Shown piece after piece: positions 9,613-20,290 of a stretch of DNA of 64,000 bases. Every line of letters starts with the position of its first letter. The stretch's first letter is position 1. The notes under the pieces are model-generated. The model was not told where the DNA came from and did not search any database. It saw nothing but the letters and a program-made list of their open reading frames with translations. The stretch covers positions 26,404-90,403 of IMG/VR virus record IMGVR_UViG_3300025890_000021. One strand, written 5' to 3'. A program made the translations under genes and the position numbers. Source of the stretch: a virus (taxonomy: Duplodnaviria; Caudoviricetes).

Positions 9613-10620
9613 TTAGAAGTCAAGTTTAACTTTTATTATAGCTTCCCTTGAATATGATTTCAAAATAGGTTTACTTAACTTAGCAACTGCTAACAACTCA
9701 TTCTCATCATTGTATAAACCTACTTGTGTAATAAACACTTTAGGGTCTTTGAAGAATGTTGAGTTTGTTAGAGCACCATCTGAGCCTGTAAAGAATGTTG
9801 GGTTTGCACTAAAGTTATAATCTTTGTTTAGTACCCTACAGAAGAAGTTAGTAGAACTAATCTCCTCTTCTCTACGAACTTGGAAATAGTTAGCTGCTAC
9901 AATTTTGTTATAAAACTTTCTTGGATTGTTAGCAAACGCATCGGCATTTCTACCAGTACCAAATGCTACAGTCTCATCTAAGTAGGTTGGATTAAATAAT
10001 AAGATTCCTAAATCAGGATAAAAGGAACCAATCGCACCACCTGCTTGACTTGCTGCTGCTGTGTTAACAACTCCAACACCAGTTTCTAATGAACCACTAA
10101 CAATGTTAAATACTCTACCACCCTCATTGACTGTTGGATTATTTGTTGCTCCACTATCATCAATGAATTTATGGCTACCTAATCTGAGTTCCCAATTACC
10201 TGGGTCAATCTTTTCTCTCATTCTTGCTCTGTTAAATGCTACGAAGTAAAATTCTTCTGATGCACTTGGAGCACTTGTGAAAGTAAATTTCTCAGTAGAT
10301 GGTGGAAGTAATACATTTGCAAATTGTCTATAATTTGCTGCACTTTCTCTACCACCCGTTGTTAACTTTGTTGTGTTTCCTGCCGAACCACTTCCACCAA
10401 AATGAGCATATCCAATATCAAATTGTATTTCTGCTGTTGATGGACTTGATGCAGGGTCTTGATGAAAGATATCCAAATAAGAACCTGTTGCGGTTTGTGT
10501 AGAACTTGTAAAGAACGAAGTTAATGTTCCTGTCCCACCACTAAAAATACCACTTGATACTTTTACCTTTTGGTTTTCAACTACATCGTTTTGTCTATCG
10601 AATCTTGTAAATACTGACAT
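9613..10620 (-). CDS. virion structural protein, tail-collar-like C-terminus
   Basis: ITQVGLYNDENELLAVAKLSKPILK motif; paralog of 8593..9600. Confidence 0.55.
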   Translation of the reverse strand: MSVFTRFDRQNDVVENQKVKVSSGIFSGGTGTLTSFFTSSTQTATGSYLDIFHQDPASSPSTAEIQFDIGYAHFGGSGSAGNTTKLTTGGRESAANYRQFANVLLPPSTEKFTFTSAPSASEEFYFVAFNRARMREKIDPGNWELRLGSHKFIDDSGATNNPTVNEGGRVFNIVSGSLETGVGVVNTAAASQAGGAIGSFYPDLGILLFNPTYLDETVAFGTGRNADAFANNPRKFYNKIVAANYFQVRREEEISSTNFFCRVLNKDYNFSANPTFFTGSDGALTNSTFFKDPKVFITQVGLYNDENELLAVAKLSKPILKSYSREAIIKVKLDF

Positions 10621-10630
10621 CTCTCACTCC

Positions 10631-11389
10631 TTATAATGTACTTGGGTCTGCTTTGATTGTTACCGCGATGTTAAATGTAGCACCTGTGGATAAACCAGTG
10701 ACCGTTAAGTTGGTTGAAATATCTGATGTTACAGAACGAGAAACAAGGTTAACTGATTTACCTTGTAAGGTAATAGAACGCTTTCTTTCCTCTTCATCCA
10801 AGAATACTGGAGTAGTTGCTCCAACATTTGTTTGTAAGTCTGCAATTTCTTCTTTTTGTATAAATTCTAACTCATCTAAGATTTTAGCAGCTGCAAATCC
10901 TTGTCCACCTTTTAAGAAAGGAAGTTGTCTGAATCTCTTCTTCTTCTTTTTCTTCTGTACTATGACTGGTGTTAAGTTTGCAATTGTTGCATCATGTAAT
11001 GTGAAAGAATATCCTGCTTCACTATCACTTCCATTTCGTGTGTTAGGTGTAATTGTTTGTTGTACACCTGGTCCGTTGAATTGTAAGTTTGGTGATGGAA
11101 CTTCCAAGATTGGAAGTTTCGCAGTGTTCTTTGGTAATGATACCAATTTGAATCTCATTATTTGATTCTCGTCTACAAAACTCTCTAACAATGGCATGTT
11201 CTCGATTACAGCTCCATAATAGTTCGAACCATTAGGGTGGGATGTATCCCATAATCTGTAATCTACTTCATCATCTGCCAATGCGAATTTTGTAATTTTA
11301 AACTCGTCTTGCCCTCTTGCCAGTAATTCTCGACCTTTCTTGGTAAGAACAGCATCGACGGTTATGCTTGTGTTATTTAAAAATCCCAT
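10631..11389 (-). CDS. virion structural protein, tail-collar-like N-terminus
   Basis: VLTKKGRELLA..KITKFALADDE resembles tail-collar fibre N-termini; Lys-rich insert. Confidence 0.5.
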   Translation of the reverse strand: MGFLNNTSITVDAVLTKKGRELLARGQDEFKITKFALADDEVDYRLWDTSHPNGSNYYGAVIENMPLLESFVDENQIMRFKLVSLPKNTAKLPILEVPSPNLQFNGPGVQQTITPNTRNGSDSEAGYSFTLHDATIANLTPVIVQKKKKKKRFRQLPFLKGGQGFAAAKILDELEFIQKEEIADLQTNVGATTPVFLDEEERKRSITLQGKSVNLVSRSVTSDISTNLTVTGLSTGATFNIAVTIKADPSTL

Positions 11390-11435
11390 TATTTTTACTC
11401 CTGATTGTATTTTGAACTGAGATGGATAGTGTTCC

Positions 11436-11446
11436 TATATAAATAT
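11436..11446 (-). promoter_or_regulatory. WTAYTTATWW motif
   Basis: ATATTTATATA in the gap upstream of 11389. Confidence 0.45.
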
Positions 11447-11461
11447 AACATCACTTACTTT

Positions 11462-14400
11462 TTAATCAACTTTTAACTTGGAATCGCCTGGTTCTTGAGT
11501 TACAAGTTTTGTAGGTGAAGTTATTGTTATTTCAACAGGTTCCTTACCATCAATAGTATTATTTTTCGTTAATAATTCTTGTTTGTAAAATAATCTAAAT
11601 AGTTTAGATTCATATGCTACACTTTGAAATTCTGCTGGTGCAAATGATGAACTATATGATTCACCTCTTGATGCACTTGCCTCACTTGAATAAAAGAATT
11701 CTTTTATTTCATTGTGTTCTGATATTCGTGATGCACTAACAAAAGGATTGAACGCCTCTTCAAATGTAGGTTCTATATCTCCCTCTGTTATACTTGCCGT
11801 TGCATATAAATTCCCATAATCACTTCTTGGGTCTATTTGATTAATTTTATTTAATGTAGGTATTCCTAATGTTCCAAGTGAACCACTTTCGAGATTGTGT
11901 AAATTTACATCTCCATTATATGTTGTGTACTCACCATGAAAACGATATGGTATAGGTTCTGCGGAACTACTTAATCTACTTGTTAATTGTATACCATTAT
12001 CAAAATGTCCTGCGTTCTCATAATATACATTATCAAACTCAGGTATCTTACCTACTACTTCTTTACTTCTTTCTAAAAGATTAGGTTCTATTAATAAACC
12101 TAATGTTGTATTTGCTCTTGCTGGAGCTAATTTTAATAATTGGTCAAATATACTTCTATCAAAGAAGTTTATAATTCTCATGTAATCCCAAAAGTTATTA
12201 CTACGAGAATACTTTTTCCAATAATCTCTTTGTACTTTATCTAACCCACGATATCCTATTCTGTATTGGTCTCTTGGGTCTCCGATTTCATTATCAAGAT
12301 TTATATCTGCTAATGAATACATAATATCTTCGTTCACCACATCAACTGGTGAAAAGAACACACCAAGTTTATTACTATCTATTGGTGCAAAACTTTGTGC
12401 AGAAACTTCTTGTCTAATATTAGAAGAAAGATTACCAAGTAGTTTCGTGTTCTCTGTTCTAATCTTTGTTGCGTTTCTTCTTGCTGGTCCAATATTTGGA
12501 ACTTTCATTTGTTCTTTATCGGATATACTTCTAAATAAATTCTCACTATATCCAACCGCACTCGCACTTGCAAAGTAATTAGTTTGATATGATTTATCAT
12601 CTAACTGATAGTTTGTTCCACTACCTAAATTACTATTCTCACCCAATGGTAATCTGAATATTAAGTTATCATACATGGAAGATGTTGTGTTACCATTGTA
12701 TGCTTTTGGTGCCATTACATGATTCTCAAATACACTTTGTGATAAAGGTTCACTCCATAATCTGAACTCCATCAAAGAACCACTAAGTCTTGTCTTGTGG
12801 AATTTATCATTATGTCCACCAACCCACAAGTTAGCACTTTGAGTAAATGCACCATTAATATCATTTGATGTTGTAGATAAACTTGATGAGTTAGAGTATA
12901 CAATTACTTCTCTTGATGCATCATATTGTCTTGCAGTTAACTCATATGTTACTTCTTGTGAAACATCATCCGATGTTAAATCTGCACCACTTGATGATTT
13001 TCTTGTTAACATCACACTAAACATATCATCATTGTATACAGGTAGTAAAGAAGAAGTTACAAATGTATTTCCACTACTTCCACTAATACTAAACTGAACT
13101 CTACCAAGATTATCAGTTGCTCCGTTATCAAGTAATTCTATTGCCCAATTATTTTCTGATTCAACAATAACTTGATTTTGTGATTTAGGACTTCTAAATC
13201 TAAATTCAATTGTTTGTGGTTTTATATTACTAACACTATCGTTTGTCCATGGCGTTAGTAAATACTGACTTGACCTAAAATCTAATGCGTATGTAAACTT
13301 CCTTTTTATTTCATAACTTACTCTATCATTTAAATCTGGTCCACCATATTCTCTAACTCTTAGTAATGAACTTGGTATACCATAACAATTCATCAATCCT
13401 TTCATAGCACGGACAGTACCTTTGTTCTTCATAAAGAAAGGTAAGTTAGATAAAATTCTTTTCCATATTTCTTCTGTTAATGCTTCACTTGGTGTTTCAT
13501 TTAATGCTGCACCACTTGAATCTTTTCCTAACAAGTATGTTGGTAGAATAACTAAATCATTTCCACTATTAACTTCAAAACCCATATTCTTTGCAATTTC
13601 TTTTACAATATCCTTTGAGATACCCTCTGATACTTTAGGTACTCTTTCATTTACATCTGTGAAGTGTCTTAAGTAACTCCATATCTCATCAAATTGTTCA
13701 CCCACCATATCCATAAAATCTAAGAACACTTCGTTTTGTGTATCTTGATTTACATGAGCAGGTAATTGATTTGTTAACCTATCCATGTTTGCTCTATCAT
13801 ATTCTCTTGAGTAACCAATCCAAGTATTCCACCATGCGGTAACTTGAGAACTTGATGTATGATAAAGTGTGTGTGGTTCAGTAGAACTTTCTTTTGGCCA
13901 ACTAGCATCATAGAACTCACCAAGTGAACTTGATGCATAACTTGATGAGACTGTATATAAAAAGTTTTCATATGGACCAAATGAGTTTATCACTTGTCTT
14001 TTCTTCAAATCAAAATCTGCTTGTGTTTCACCAGAACCTGTAACATTTGATATTGATAATGAAGATGAAGTATACTTCTCTACTAATTCTACTTTCTTTC
14101 TAAAATTTCTTAATCTTGTTTCTGCCGAACTAAAGTTAACAAAGTTACCAAATCCATAATCGGTTGTTTCACCATCTGCAGATAATTTTTCAGTTCGTTT
14201 TTGGTAATCAATATTTAATTGTACATCAAGTAAACTACTTGAGTGAACTGAGTTTATAATCTCTTCATTGGTTGAACTATCACTACTTAATAGGTCATCA
14301 TATTTTTTATAATTTGTACCTCTAAAGTTTATTGGATTTGAAGTAGAGTTTAAGTTAGGAACTCTAAGAAATAAATACTCATCATCTTCTTCAACAAATG

Positions 14401-16351
14401 GTATTAGTTTTATTTTATCTTCATATGGTTCCATTTTCTCTTCAACAAAATAAGCCAAATCACCCACTTCTAATTCTTCAGGTAATGGTTTATAAAATTT
14501 AAAGTAACGAGCAGTTTTATCAGAAAACGCATCCAATGGTACAACACCTGGGTCTGTTTGTAATACATCTTTTGGACTATCTAAAACACTAATTGCTAAG
14601 TGATATCCATGTTCAGTAACCATGTAGTTATTTAATCTTGAAACTTTGTTCTTTCTGTAGTTAACATAAAATTCATCAAAGAAGTTACCACTTACATCAT
14701 CACCACTATGTTCTGATTCTGTAGCACCCATTTCATATGATTTATCTACACGAACTCTATTGTTATCAAGTATCTCTACAATAGTAGCAACAAAATCAAT
14801 TGGTGTATTTTCAAAAATTACTTCTGGTTCTTGTGCAGTATCTTCTTCATCTAATTCAGGTACAATATCTGTGATACCATCTTGTATTTGAACCCTTACT
14901 ATCTCATCAACTATTTCTCTTGTTACAGCTGGAACTTGTTCATTTATTACCCATTCATTTGTTGGTGCGATTGTACTTGGTGTTGAAGTTGCTGCTCCAC
15001 CACCAGTTCCACTATCACCACCACCACCTTGTCCATCTTCAAAATCTTCTGCTAATCTTAACATATTGATACGATGGTTTCTCTGATGTAAGAAGTGTTC
15101 CATACTTCTCCATTTACCAAGTGTAGCACTAACTACATTATCAGCATATATAGTGTGGTGTTTATCTAATATTAAATTCCAAACATCTAATGGTGATGAT
15201 TTAAATTCTGTACCAACTTCATTTGCCATATACCACTTACCACGATGTTTAATCGGGTGATGGTCTGTTGTGATTAGTTTACCAATCCTAACTAACTTAT
15301 CACCATAAGGTCTGTTATCTTTTACTACCTTTAATACTTTTGCAAAACCTTGTTCAGTTTTCACTTTCATACCAGGTCTCATCATCTTGATTGGTAAGGT
15401 ACGATTGTTACTTAATTTTATTTGTGTATCACCTACAAAACAAACACTACCATAATCATCAAACCTATCTAAATCTTGATAACTATCATCTGGTGCAGGT
15501 ACTTCTGCTATCTGTTCTATGACTGGTGTAGGTTTACCTTGTGTTGCACCTTTGATTGCTTTTCGTGCAACCTTTCTAACTATTTCTGAATCTAATCTTC
15601 TCTTAGGGCCTACATCATCCTCAACTATTTTTTCTACAATTTTTTCTCTTGTGATTGTGTAAGTGTACATACCAGGTATAACAATTTCTCCACCAACCAT
15701 GTTATCAGTAAATCCTCTTTCGTTTCTACCTGTAACGAATTGTAATACATATGGGTCTGTTTTATCAAACTTTATTTTACCAGCATTTGCTCTATTCTTT
15801 TTTGGTGTGTACACCATATCTTTGTTGATAGATGTAAAATCTTTTTGGTAAGGAACATTATTTATATTTTGTAAATCAACTTTTATCTCTCTTTTATTAG
15901 GTGAGATTTGTTTGATTCTGTATTGTAATTTTTTAGGTAATAACTCTGTAGATTTACCCTCTGAAAGTTTTTGTTTACCAGATGTGAAATAACGAGTACG
16001 ACCATTGACAGTTTTTACTTGTGCTTTACCAATATGAATAAAACTATCTTCGTTAATTAAAACATCTTCTTGTTTTCCAGCCAATCTTCTTAAGAAAAGA
16101 TATTTTACTTTATACTCACCAATTTCTAATCCCATTGAACGAAGATGTGTACCTACATCTAAATCAACTAAGTTTGGTGTTGGAAACTTTACTTCACCTG
16201 CAGGAAATATATCATCATCGACATATTTGTCTTCCATATCATAAACATACAAATGTAAGTAATCAGAATTATCTCTACCAAATCCACTATATACGGGTCT
16301 TGGTGATTCTAATTCTTCTCTATCTTTATCCGTTAAACCATACTCTAACAT
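11462..16351 (-). CDS. large baseplate/tail protein with Hint domain and LamG-like domain
   Basis: KNKGTVRAMKGLMNCYGIP (gpI-like baseplate segment), RLSGSLMEFRLWSEPLS (LamG/ConA-like), Hint insert; next to gp6/gp25. Confidence 0.65.
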   Translation of the reverse strand: MLEYGLTDKDREELESPRPVYSGFGRDNSDYLHLYVYDMEDKYVDDDIFPAGEVKFPTPNLVDLDVGTHLRSMGLEIGEYKVKYLFLRRLAGKQEDVLINEDSFIHIGKAQVKTVNGRTRYFTSGKQKLSEGKSTELLPKKLQYRIKQISPNKREIKVDLQNINNVPYQKDFTSINKDMVYTPKKNRANAGKIKFDKTDPYVLQFVTGRNERGFTDNMVGGEIVIPGMYTYTITREKIVEKIVEDDVGPKRRLDSEIVRKVARKAIKGATQGKPTPVIEQIAEVPAPDDSYQDLDRFDDYGSVCFVGDTQIKLSNNRTLPIKMMRPGMKVKTEQGFAKVLKVVKDNRPYGDKLVRIGKLITTDHHPIKHRGKWYMANEVGTEFKSSPLDVWNLILDKHHTIYADNVVSATLGKWRSMEHFLHQRNHRINMLRLAEDFEDGQGGGGDSGTGGGAATSTPSTIAPTNEWVINEQVPAVTREIVDEIVRVQIQDGITDIVPELDEEDTAQEPEVIFENTPIDFVATIVEILDNNRVRVDKSYEMGATESEHSGDDVSGNFFDEFYVNYRKNKVSRLNNYMVTEHGYHLAISVLDSPKDVLQTDPGVVPLDAFSDKTARYFKFYKPLPEELEVGDLAYFVEEKMEPYEDKIKLIPFVEEDDEYLFLRVPNLNSTSNPINFRGTNYKKYDDLLSSDSSTNEEIINSVHSSSLLDVQLNIDYQKRTEKLSADGETTDYGFGNFVNFSSAETRLRNFRKKVELVEKYTSSSLSISNVTGSGETQADFDLKKRQVINSFGPYENFLYTVSSSYASSSLGEFYDASWPKESSTEPHTLYHTSSSQVTAWWNTWIGYSREYDRANMDRLTNQLPAHVNQDTQNEVFLDFMDMVGEQFDEIWSYLRHFTDVNERVPKVSEGISKDIVKEIAKNMGFEVNSGNDLVILPTYLLGKDSSGAALNETPSEALTEEIWKRILSNLPFFMKNKGTVRAMKGLMNCYGIPSSLLRVREYGGPDLNDRVSYEIKRKFTYALDFRSSQYLLTPWTNDSVSNIKPQTIEFRFRSPKSQNQVIVESENNWAIELLDNGATDNLGRVQFSISGSSGNTFVTSSLLPVYNDDMFSVMLTRKSSSGADLTSDDVSQEVTYELTARQYDASREVIVYSNSSSLSTTSNDINGAFTQSANLWVGGHNDKFHKTRLSGSLMEFRLWSEPLSQSVFENHVMAPKAYNGNTTSSMYDNLIFRLPLGENSNLGSGTNYQLDDKSYQTNYFASASAVGYSENLFRSISDKEQMKVPNIGPARRNATKIRTENTKLLGNLSSNIRQEVSAQSFAPIDSNKLGVFFSPVDVVNEDIMYSLADINLDNEIGDPRDQYRIGYRGLDKVQRDYWKKYSRSNNFWDYMRIINFFDRSIFDQLLKLAPARANTTLGLLIEPNLLERSKEVVGKIPEFDNVYYENAGHFDNGIQLTSRLSSSAEPIPYRFHGEYTTYNGDVNLHNLESGSLGTLGIPTLNKINQIDPRSDYGNLYATASITEGDIEPTFEEAFNPFVSASRISEHNEIKEFFYSSEASASRGESYSSSFAPAEFQSVAYESKLFRLFYKQELLTKNNTIDGKEPVEITITSPTKLVTQEPGDSKLKVD
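15116..15442 (-). other. Hint (Vint/BIL-like) autoprocessing domain
   Basis: CFVGDTQI (block A Cys), ITTDHHPI (block B TxxH), VWNLIL..HTIYADNVVSATLG without terminal His-Asn. Confidence 0.75.
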
Positions 16352-17130
16352 TTACCGAACTCCACTCCGATTTCATCGTAATCCACCATGTATACTCCAA
16401 ATATACTATCAACTGCCTGTGGATTAGTTTTCATAACTTCTTGTGCCATAACACCTTTATATTTTTGTGTACCCCATATGTATCTGAATTCATATGTGTT
16501 GAATCCATTCTCTATACCAAGTGGTACGATATCTCTTTTTAATCTTTCATCACTAAATATTTTCTTTAATTTTTTTGCTGCTCTTTTTAATCTTCCACCC
16601 TTTTTCTTTTTCTTTTTCTTTTTCTTTTTAACTTCTTTCTTTTCTTGGTCTGTGGATGTTGTGTTATTCATCTCAGCAATTTTTTTATTCAAACCATTGA
16701 TGGCATCAGTTAAACTATTATTTAGTACTTGATTTCGTTCTATCTCTCCATCCAATTCTGCTTGTAGTGCATCTATATCTACACCATTTTCTTCTTCTTC
16801 ATTTTCTCTTGGGAAGATTTCTAAAAATTGTATATCATCACCAAAGAACTTAATAACTCTATCTGTTGTACCAGAGTTTTGTCTTACTTGTAATCTTACT
16901 AATTGATAATCCTCTTCAATGGATTGTCCTTGTTTATCTGGCGATTCGTAAGATAGTAGAAAACCATTTTCATCTCTTATAGGATTAGTGGCATCAACGA
17001 TAGAACCACTTATCTCCATTCGTTTTTTTGCTTCTTCGGCAGCCTTTAATTGTTTTGCTTTATCTGCTTCTATTACTTTAGCATAGTATGGGCTTTTCTT
17101 TTTTGCCGTTTGATTAAAAATGTAAGGCAT
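16345..17130 (-). CDS. coiled-coil protein with C-terminal peptidase S74 (intramolecular chaperone) domain
   Basis: SDERLKRDI..YEFRY..GVMAQEV..P.AV..VDY motif; poly-Lys immediately upstream. Confidence 0.75.
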   Translation of the reverse strand: MPYIFNQTAKKKSPYYAKVIEADKAKQLKAAEEAKKRMEISGSIVDATNPIRDENGFLLSYESPDKQGQSIEEDYQLVRLQVRQNSGTTDRVIKFFGDDIQFLEIFPRENEEEENGVDIDALQAELDGEIERNQVLNNSLTDAINGLNKKIAEMNNTTSTDQEKKEVKKKKKKKKKKGGRLKRAAKKLKKIFSDERLKRDIVPLGIENGFNTYEFRYIWGTQKYKGVMAQEVMKTNPQAVDSIFGVYMVDYDEIGVEFGKC

Positions 17131-17131
17131 T

Positions 17132-18310
17132 TTATCTCACCACTTTAAATATGAAGTCATCATCGTATATCATTGAAGTTTGGTCTGCTCCACTACCACT
17201 AACTACTTTGATTTCAAATCTATAAAATCTTTCTGGTTGAAATCCATCCATCCATAAGTTAAAGAAGTTACCTGTAGAATCACAACTCACAATTGAACCT
17301 GTACCGAATGGTATTATTGTATCTTCGGTTTCGGCATCTCTTACAGAATAATAAGTACCCTGTCCTAAACTTCTACTACCACTTGGTAAAAACTTAACAG
17401 TCAATGCTGCTGGTGTAGTATCGAATCCACGAGTAGGATATAGTTCACGACCAGTGAATCTGAATTTTACTTTTGATTTTTCCTTGTACTCAGGTTTTAA
17501 ATTATTGAAATAAATTTTTAATCTATCTAAATCAGTAGAACTCAATGCTGTTAAACTACCAGTAGCGAAACTTGAATCATCCCATTCTACTTCTAACTTA
17601 GGTGGATAGATTGTATGTGTTTCTCTTGAAAAATATTTTAATTGACCTTGTGGTGTAGAGTTACCCTCTGCAGAACCTGTAGCAGTTGTTGGGTCAAAGA
17701 TACTATACATACTCTGTGATGTTACAAGGTTTTGTCTCTTAACAATAAATCCATTGTTTGGATATGTTGAACCACTATAAATATGGTTCTTAACCAAATC
17801 ACTAATATCCATTCTAATATCACGAGTTTCATAAACTAAATCTTGTGATGAACTTACCTCGTATGTAGCTGCTAAACTTGATGTAAACCAAGTTCCACCT
17901 TGTGTTGTACTACCACTAACCCATTCAGTTTTTGTTGTATCATTATCACGATACTTCCAACTAGCACCATCACTTAGTGCTGGGTCTCTATCTTTAGTGC
18001 CTGTACCACCTGCCCAACTTCCACTTACCATGTAAGTAAATAAAGATTGTTCTACTGCTAATTCTTCTGAACTAGCATCATATAAATTTAAATAATATTT
18101 TGCATCACTTGGAATTGTTCCACTTTGTACTGATGATGAAATATATGAATAATCAAATTTAATTAAAATCCTTGAAGCATTAATTGTAGTACCTGAAGAG
18201 TTTACATGCTTTTCCACTTCTAATATTTGGTCTAAACCTGTATTGATTGAAGATGTAACATTACCCTCATAAATTGTTGTGTCTGTTGTTGGATATTCAA
18301 AATAATACAC
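17132..18310 (-). CDS. putative baseplate-associated structural protein
   Basis: Position in baseplate operon; beta-sandwich-like SRILIKF..LNLY..NNGFIVK..PKLEVEW pattern. Confidence 0.5.
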   Translation of the reverse strand: MYYFEYPTTDTTIYEGNVTSSINTGLDQILEVEKHVNSSGTTINASRILIKFDYSYISSSVQSGTIPSDAKYYLNLYDASSEELAVEQSLFTYMVSGSWAGGTGTKDRDPALSDGASWKYRDNDTTKTEWVSGSTTQGGTWFTSSLAATYEVSSSQDLVYETRDIRMDISDLVKNHIYSGSTYPNNGFIVKRQNLVTSQSMYSIFDPTTATGSAEGNSTPQGQLKYFSRETHTIYPPKLEVEWDDSSFATGSLTALSSTDLDRLKIYFNNLKPEYKEKSKVKFRFTGRELYPTRGFDTTPAALTVKFLPSGSRSLGQGTYYSVRDAETEDTIIPFGTGSIVSCDSTGNFFNLWMDGFQPERFYRFEIKVVSGSGADQTSMIYDDDFIFKVVR

Positions 18311-20280
18311 TATACATCTCCTATTACTCTACCCTCAATATCTGTATTAGGGAATTTTAGTTCAAATATGCTTGGGTCTAATGATGAATATATGATACCA
18401 TCTTTTGTTGCTGATTGAACATCGTAAATGTGTCCACTATACCCATCTTCAGTTCTATACTTATTATCCACAACTACTATTTGTTTGTTTGGATTATCGT
18501 CTTCGGGTGGTACAACACTTGCCACACCATCTACTAAAGAAATCTTGTAGGCAATATCACTCAACACTATTGGTTGACTAATCTGCCAGTTATCTGTATT
18601 GAAATGTTTTTTAACAGCATCAATACATCTTAATAATACTTCGTTCTTGTTAAATCCTCTTTGTGTTATGATACTAAATCTAACACCGATATTAACAATA
18701 TACCCATCTTTAATATTAATTGCATCTGTTACCATTCTGTATTGTGATAAGTAAACTCTAAGGTTTTGTTTCACAACATCATTTAGTGCAACTAATTTTT
18801 TCTTACCATCATAACCCAACACATACATATTTAATGCAAGTGGATTAGGTATCACACTTGTGTTTGGTTGTTTAACAATTCTACCTTGTTTCATAATGGT
18901 TTGAGTATTGACTTCTAATTGTTCATCTTGAACTAAAAATACTTTTGCAACTGCACCATATTTTTGTGGTAGTGAATAAACTCGGATAACATAATCTTCT
19001 TTTGTTACTGCACGATTCTGTGAAGCAAAATGTGCTGAAGCATTTTGTCTAACCTCTTCAGGTGATTCACCCGAACTACCACCAGTTGCTGGTTCGTTGT
19101 TTATTATTGATAAACTATCTTTCGTTTCTTTTACTTTTGTAGAATCTAATCCATCCTCTTCAAGTGATGTACTTAGTGTATCAAGATTTTTGATATCACC
19201 ACTAACAACATTATCCACTTGAGAACCACCATAAGTATAAGTTACAGTCAATGTAATATTACTTGGTGCTTGTCCAAACGCTTTTGTTTTTAAGAAATTA
19301 CTTGGGTCAAATGATTCATCAAGTTTAGATAAACCTGTACCAAGTGAACTACCAACATTATCTGGATTAGGTATAATCTCTTCATCTGCATTTGTAGATG
19401 TTCCTGCACCAAATCTTAATTCTGTTTTTCCATCACTTCTAATATATCGAGTAAAACGATTTGCAGATTTTACTAACTTTAATAAGAAAGGTGCTGCTTG
19501 TGAATTAGCAGATACATCAGGTGAGTTAATAGAATTGTTTTCGATATCTTGGAAGACAGTATCTTGTGCTAAGAAAGGAACTTCATACCATGTGTTTCCA
19601 TCATCATCCGTTACTGAAGTAATCTCAATAACATTCTCTTTACTTAAAATAATTTTATCAAATTTTATAGCATCACTAAAAACAAAATCCTCAGAAGTTT
19701 TAAATCCACTTTCTAATGTTGCTTTTTTTGTAAGAGTATAATGTGTTGGTGTATCACCATCGTTTTTAGAAACCACATCTTTTCTTGTATCAAATGAAGA
19801 TGAGTATTTAAAATTAACATCATCCATCAATCTAAAACTTCTACCACTCTTACTTGAGAATATACTATCTGCATTTACTTTCAATGCATAATTTAAATCT
19901 GGTTCGTAAGTATCACCAACATTAATTGCTGGAACTTGTAAACTTAAATCACATATTGCAGTTGCAGGTGTACTTAAGTTTGGTTTATATCCAAATGATT
20001 GTGCAATCTTAAAAATGTTTTTCTTTTCTTCAGCAGAATGTAATAGTGTTTCACGATATTGATTATCAACATAGTAACTCAACATATCACCAACATAAGA
20101 TGCCATTTCAATAAACATCATACCAGGTGATGATTCGTTAAAATCATTGTATGCGGTTGGATAGTATGATTTCGCAAACTCAATAAGGTTCTGTCTTATT
20201 GAACTGAAATCTCTTCCAATATACTTTACTTTCTTCTTTTCTTTTTTAATATTGGTTCCGTATTCTACATCCAAAGCCAT
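18310..20280 (-). CDS. baseplate wedge subunit (T4 gp6 / gpJ-like)
   Basis: YIGRDFSSIRQNLIEF..DFNESSPG.MFIEM.SYVGD, GGSSGES.EEVR, QNRAVTKEDY. Confidence 0.85.
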   Translation of the reverse strand: MALDVEYGTNIKKEKKKVKYIGRDFSSIRQNLIEFAKSYYPTAYNDFNESSPGMMFIEMASYVGDMLSYYVDNQYRETLLHSAEEKKNIFKIAQSFGYKPNLSTPATAICDLSLQVPAINVGDTYEPDLNYALKVNADSIFSSKSGRSFRLMDDVNFKYSSSFDTRKDVVSKNDGDTPTHYTLTKKATLESGFKTSEDFVFSDAIKFDKIILSKENVIEITSVTDDDGNTWYEVPFLAQDTVFQDIENNSINSPDVSANSQAAPFLLKLVKSANRFTRYIRSDGKTELRFGAGTSTNADEEIIPNPDNVGSSLGTGLSKLDESFDPSNFLKTKAFGQAPSNITLTVTYTYGGSQVDNVVSGDIKNLDTLSTSLEEDGLDSTKVKETKDSLSIINNEPATGGSSGESPEEVRQNASAHFASQNRAVTKEDYVIRVYSLPQKYGAVAKVFLVQDEQLEVNTQTIMKQGRIVKQPNTSVIPNPLALNMYVLGYDGKKKLVALNDVVKQNLRVYLSQYRMVTDAINIKDGYIVNIGVRFSIITQRGFNKNEVLLRCIDAVKKHFNTDNWQISQPIVLSDIAYKISLVDGVASVVPPEDDNPNKQIVVVDNKYRTEDGYSGHIYDVQSATKDGIIYSSLDPSIFELKFPNTDIEGRVIGDV

Positions 20281-20290
20281 TTACTTTCTC

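Noticed and set aside
15116-15442. Canonical splicing intein or homing element
   Set aside because: No terminal His-Asn followed by Cys/Ser/Thr, and no endonuclease domain
16601-16640. Phase-variable slippage tract
   Set aside because: The AAAAAG-type hexamer units preserve frame and simply encode poly-Lys
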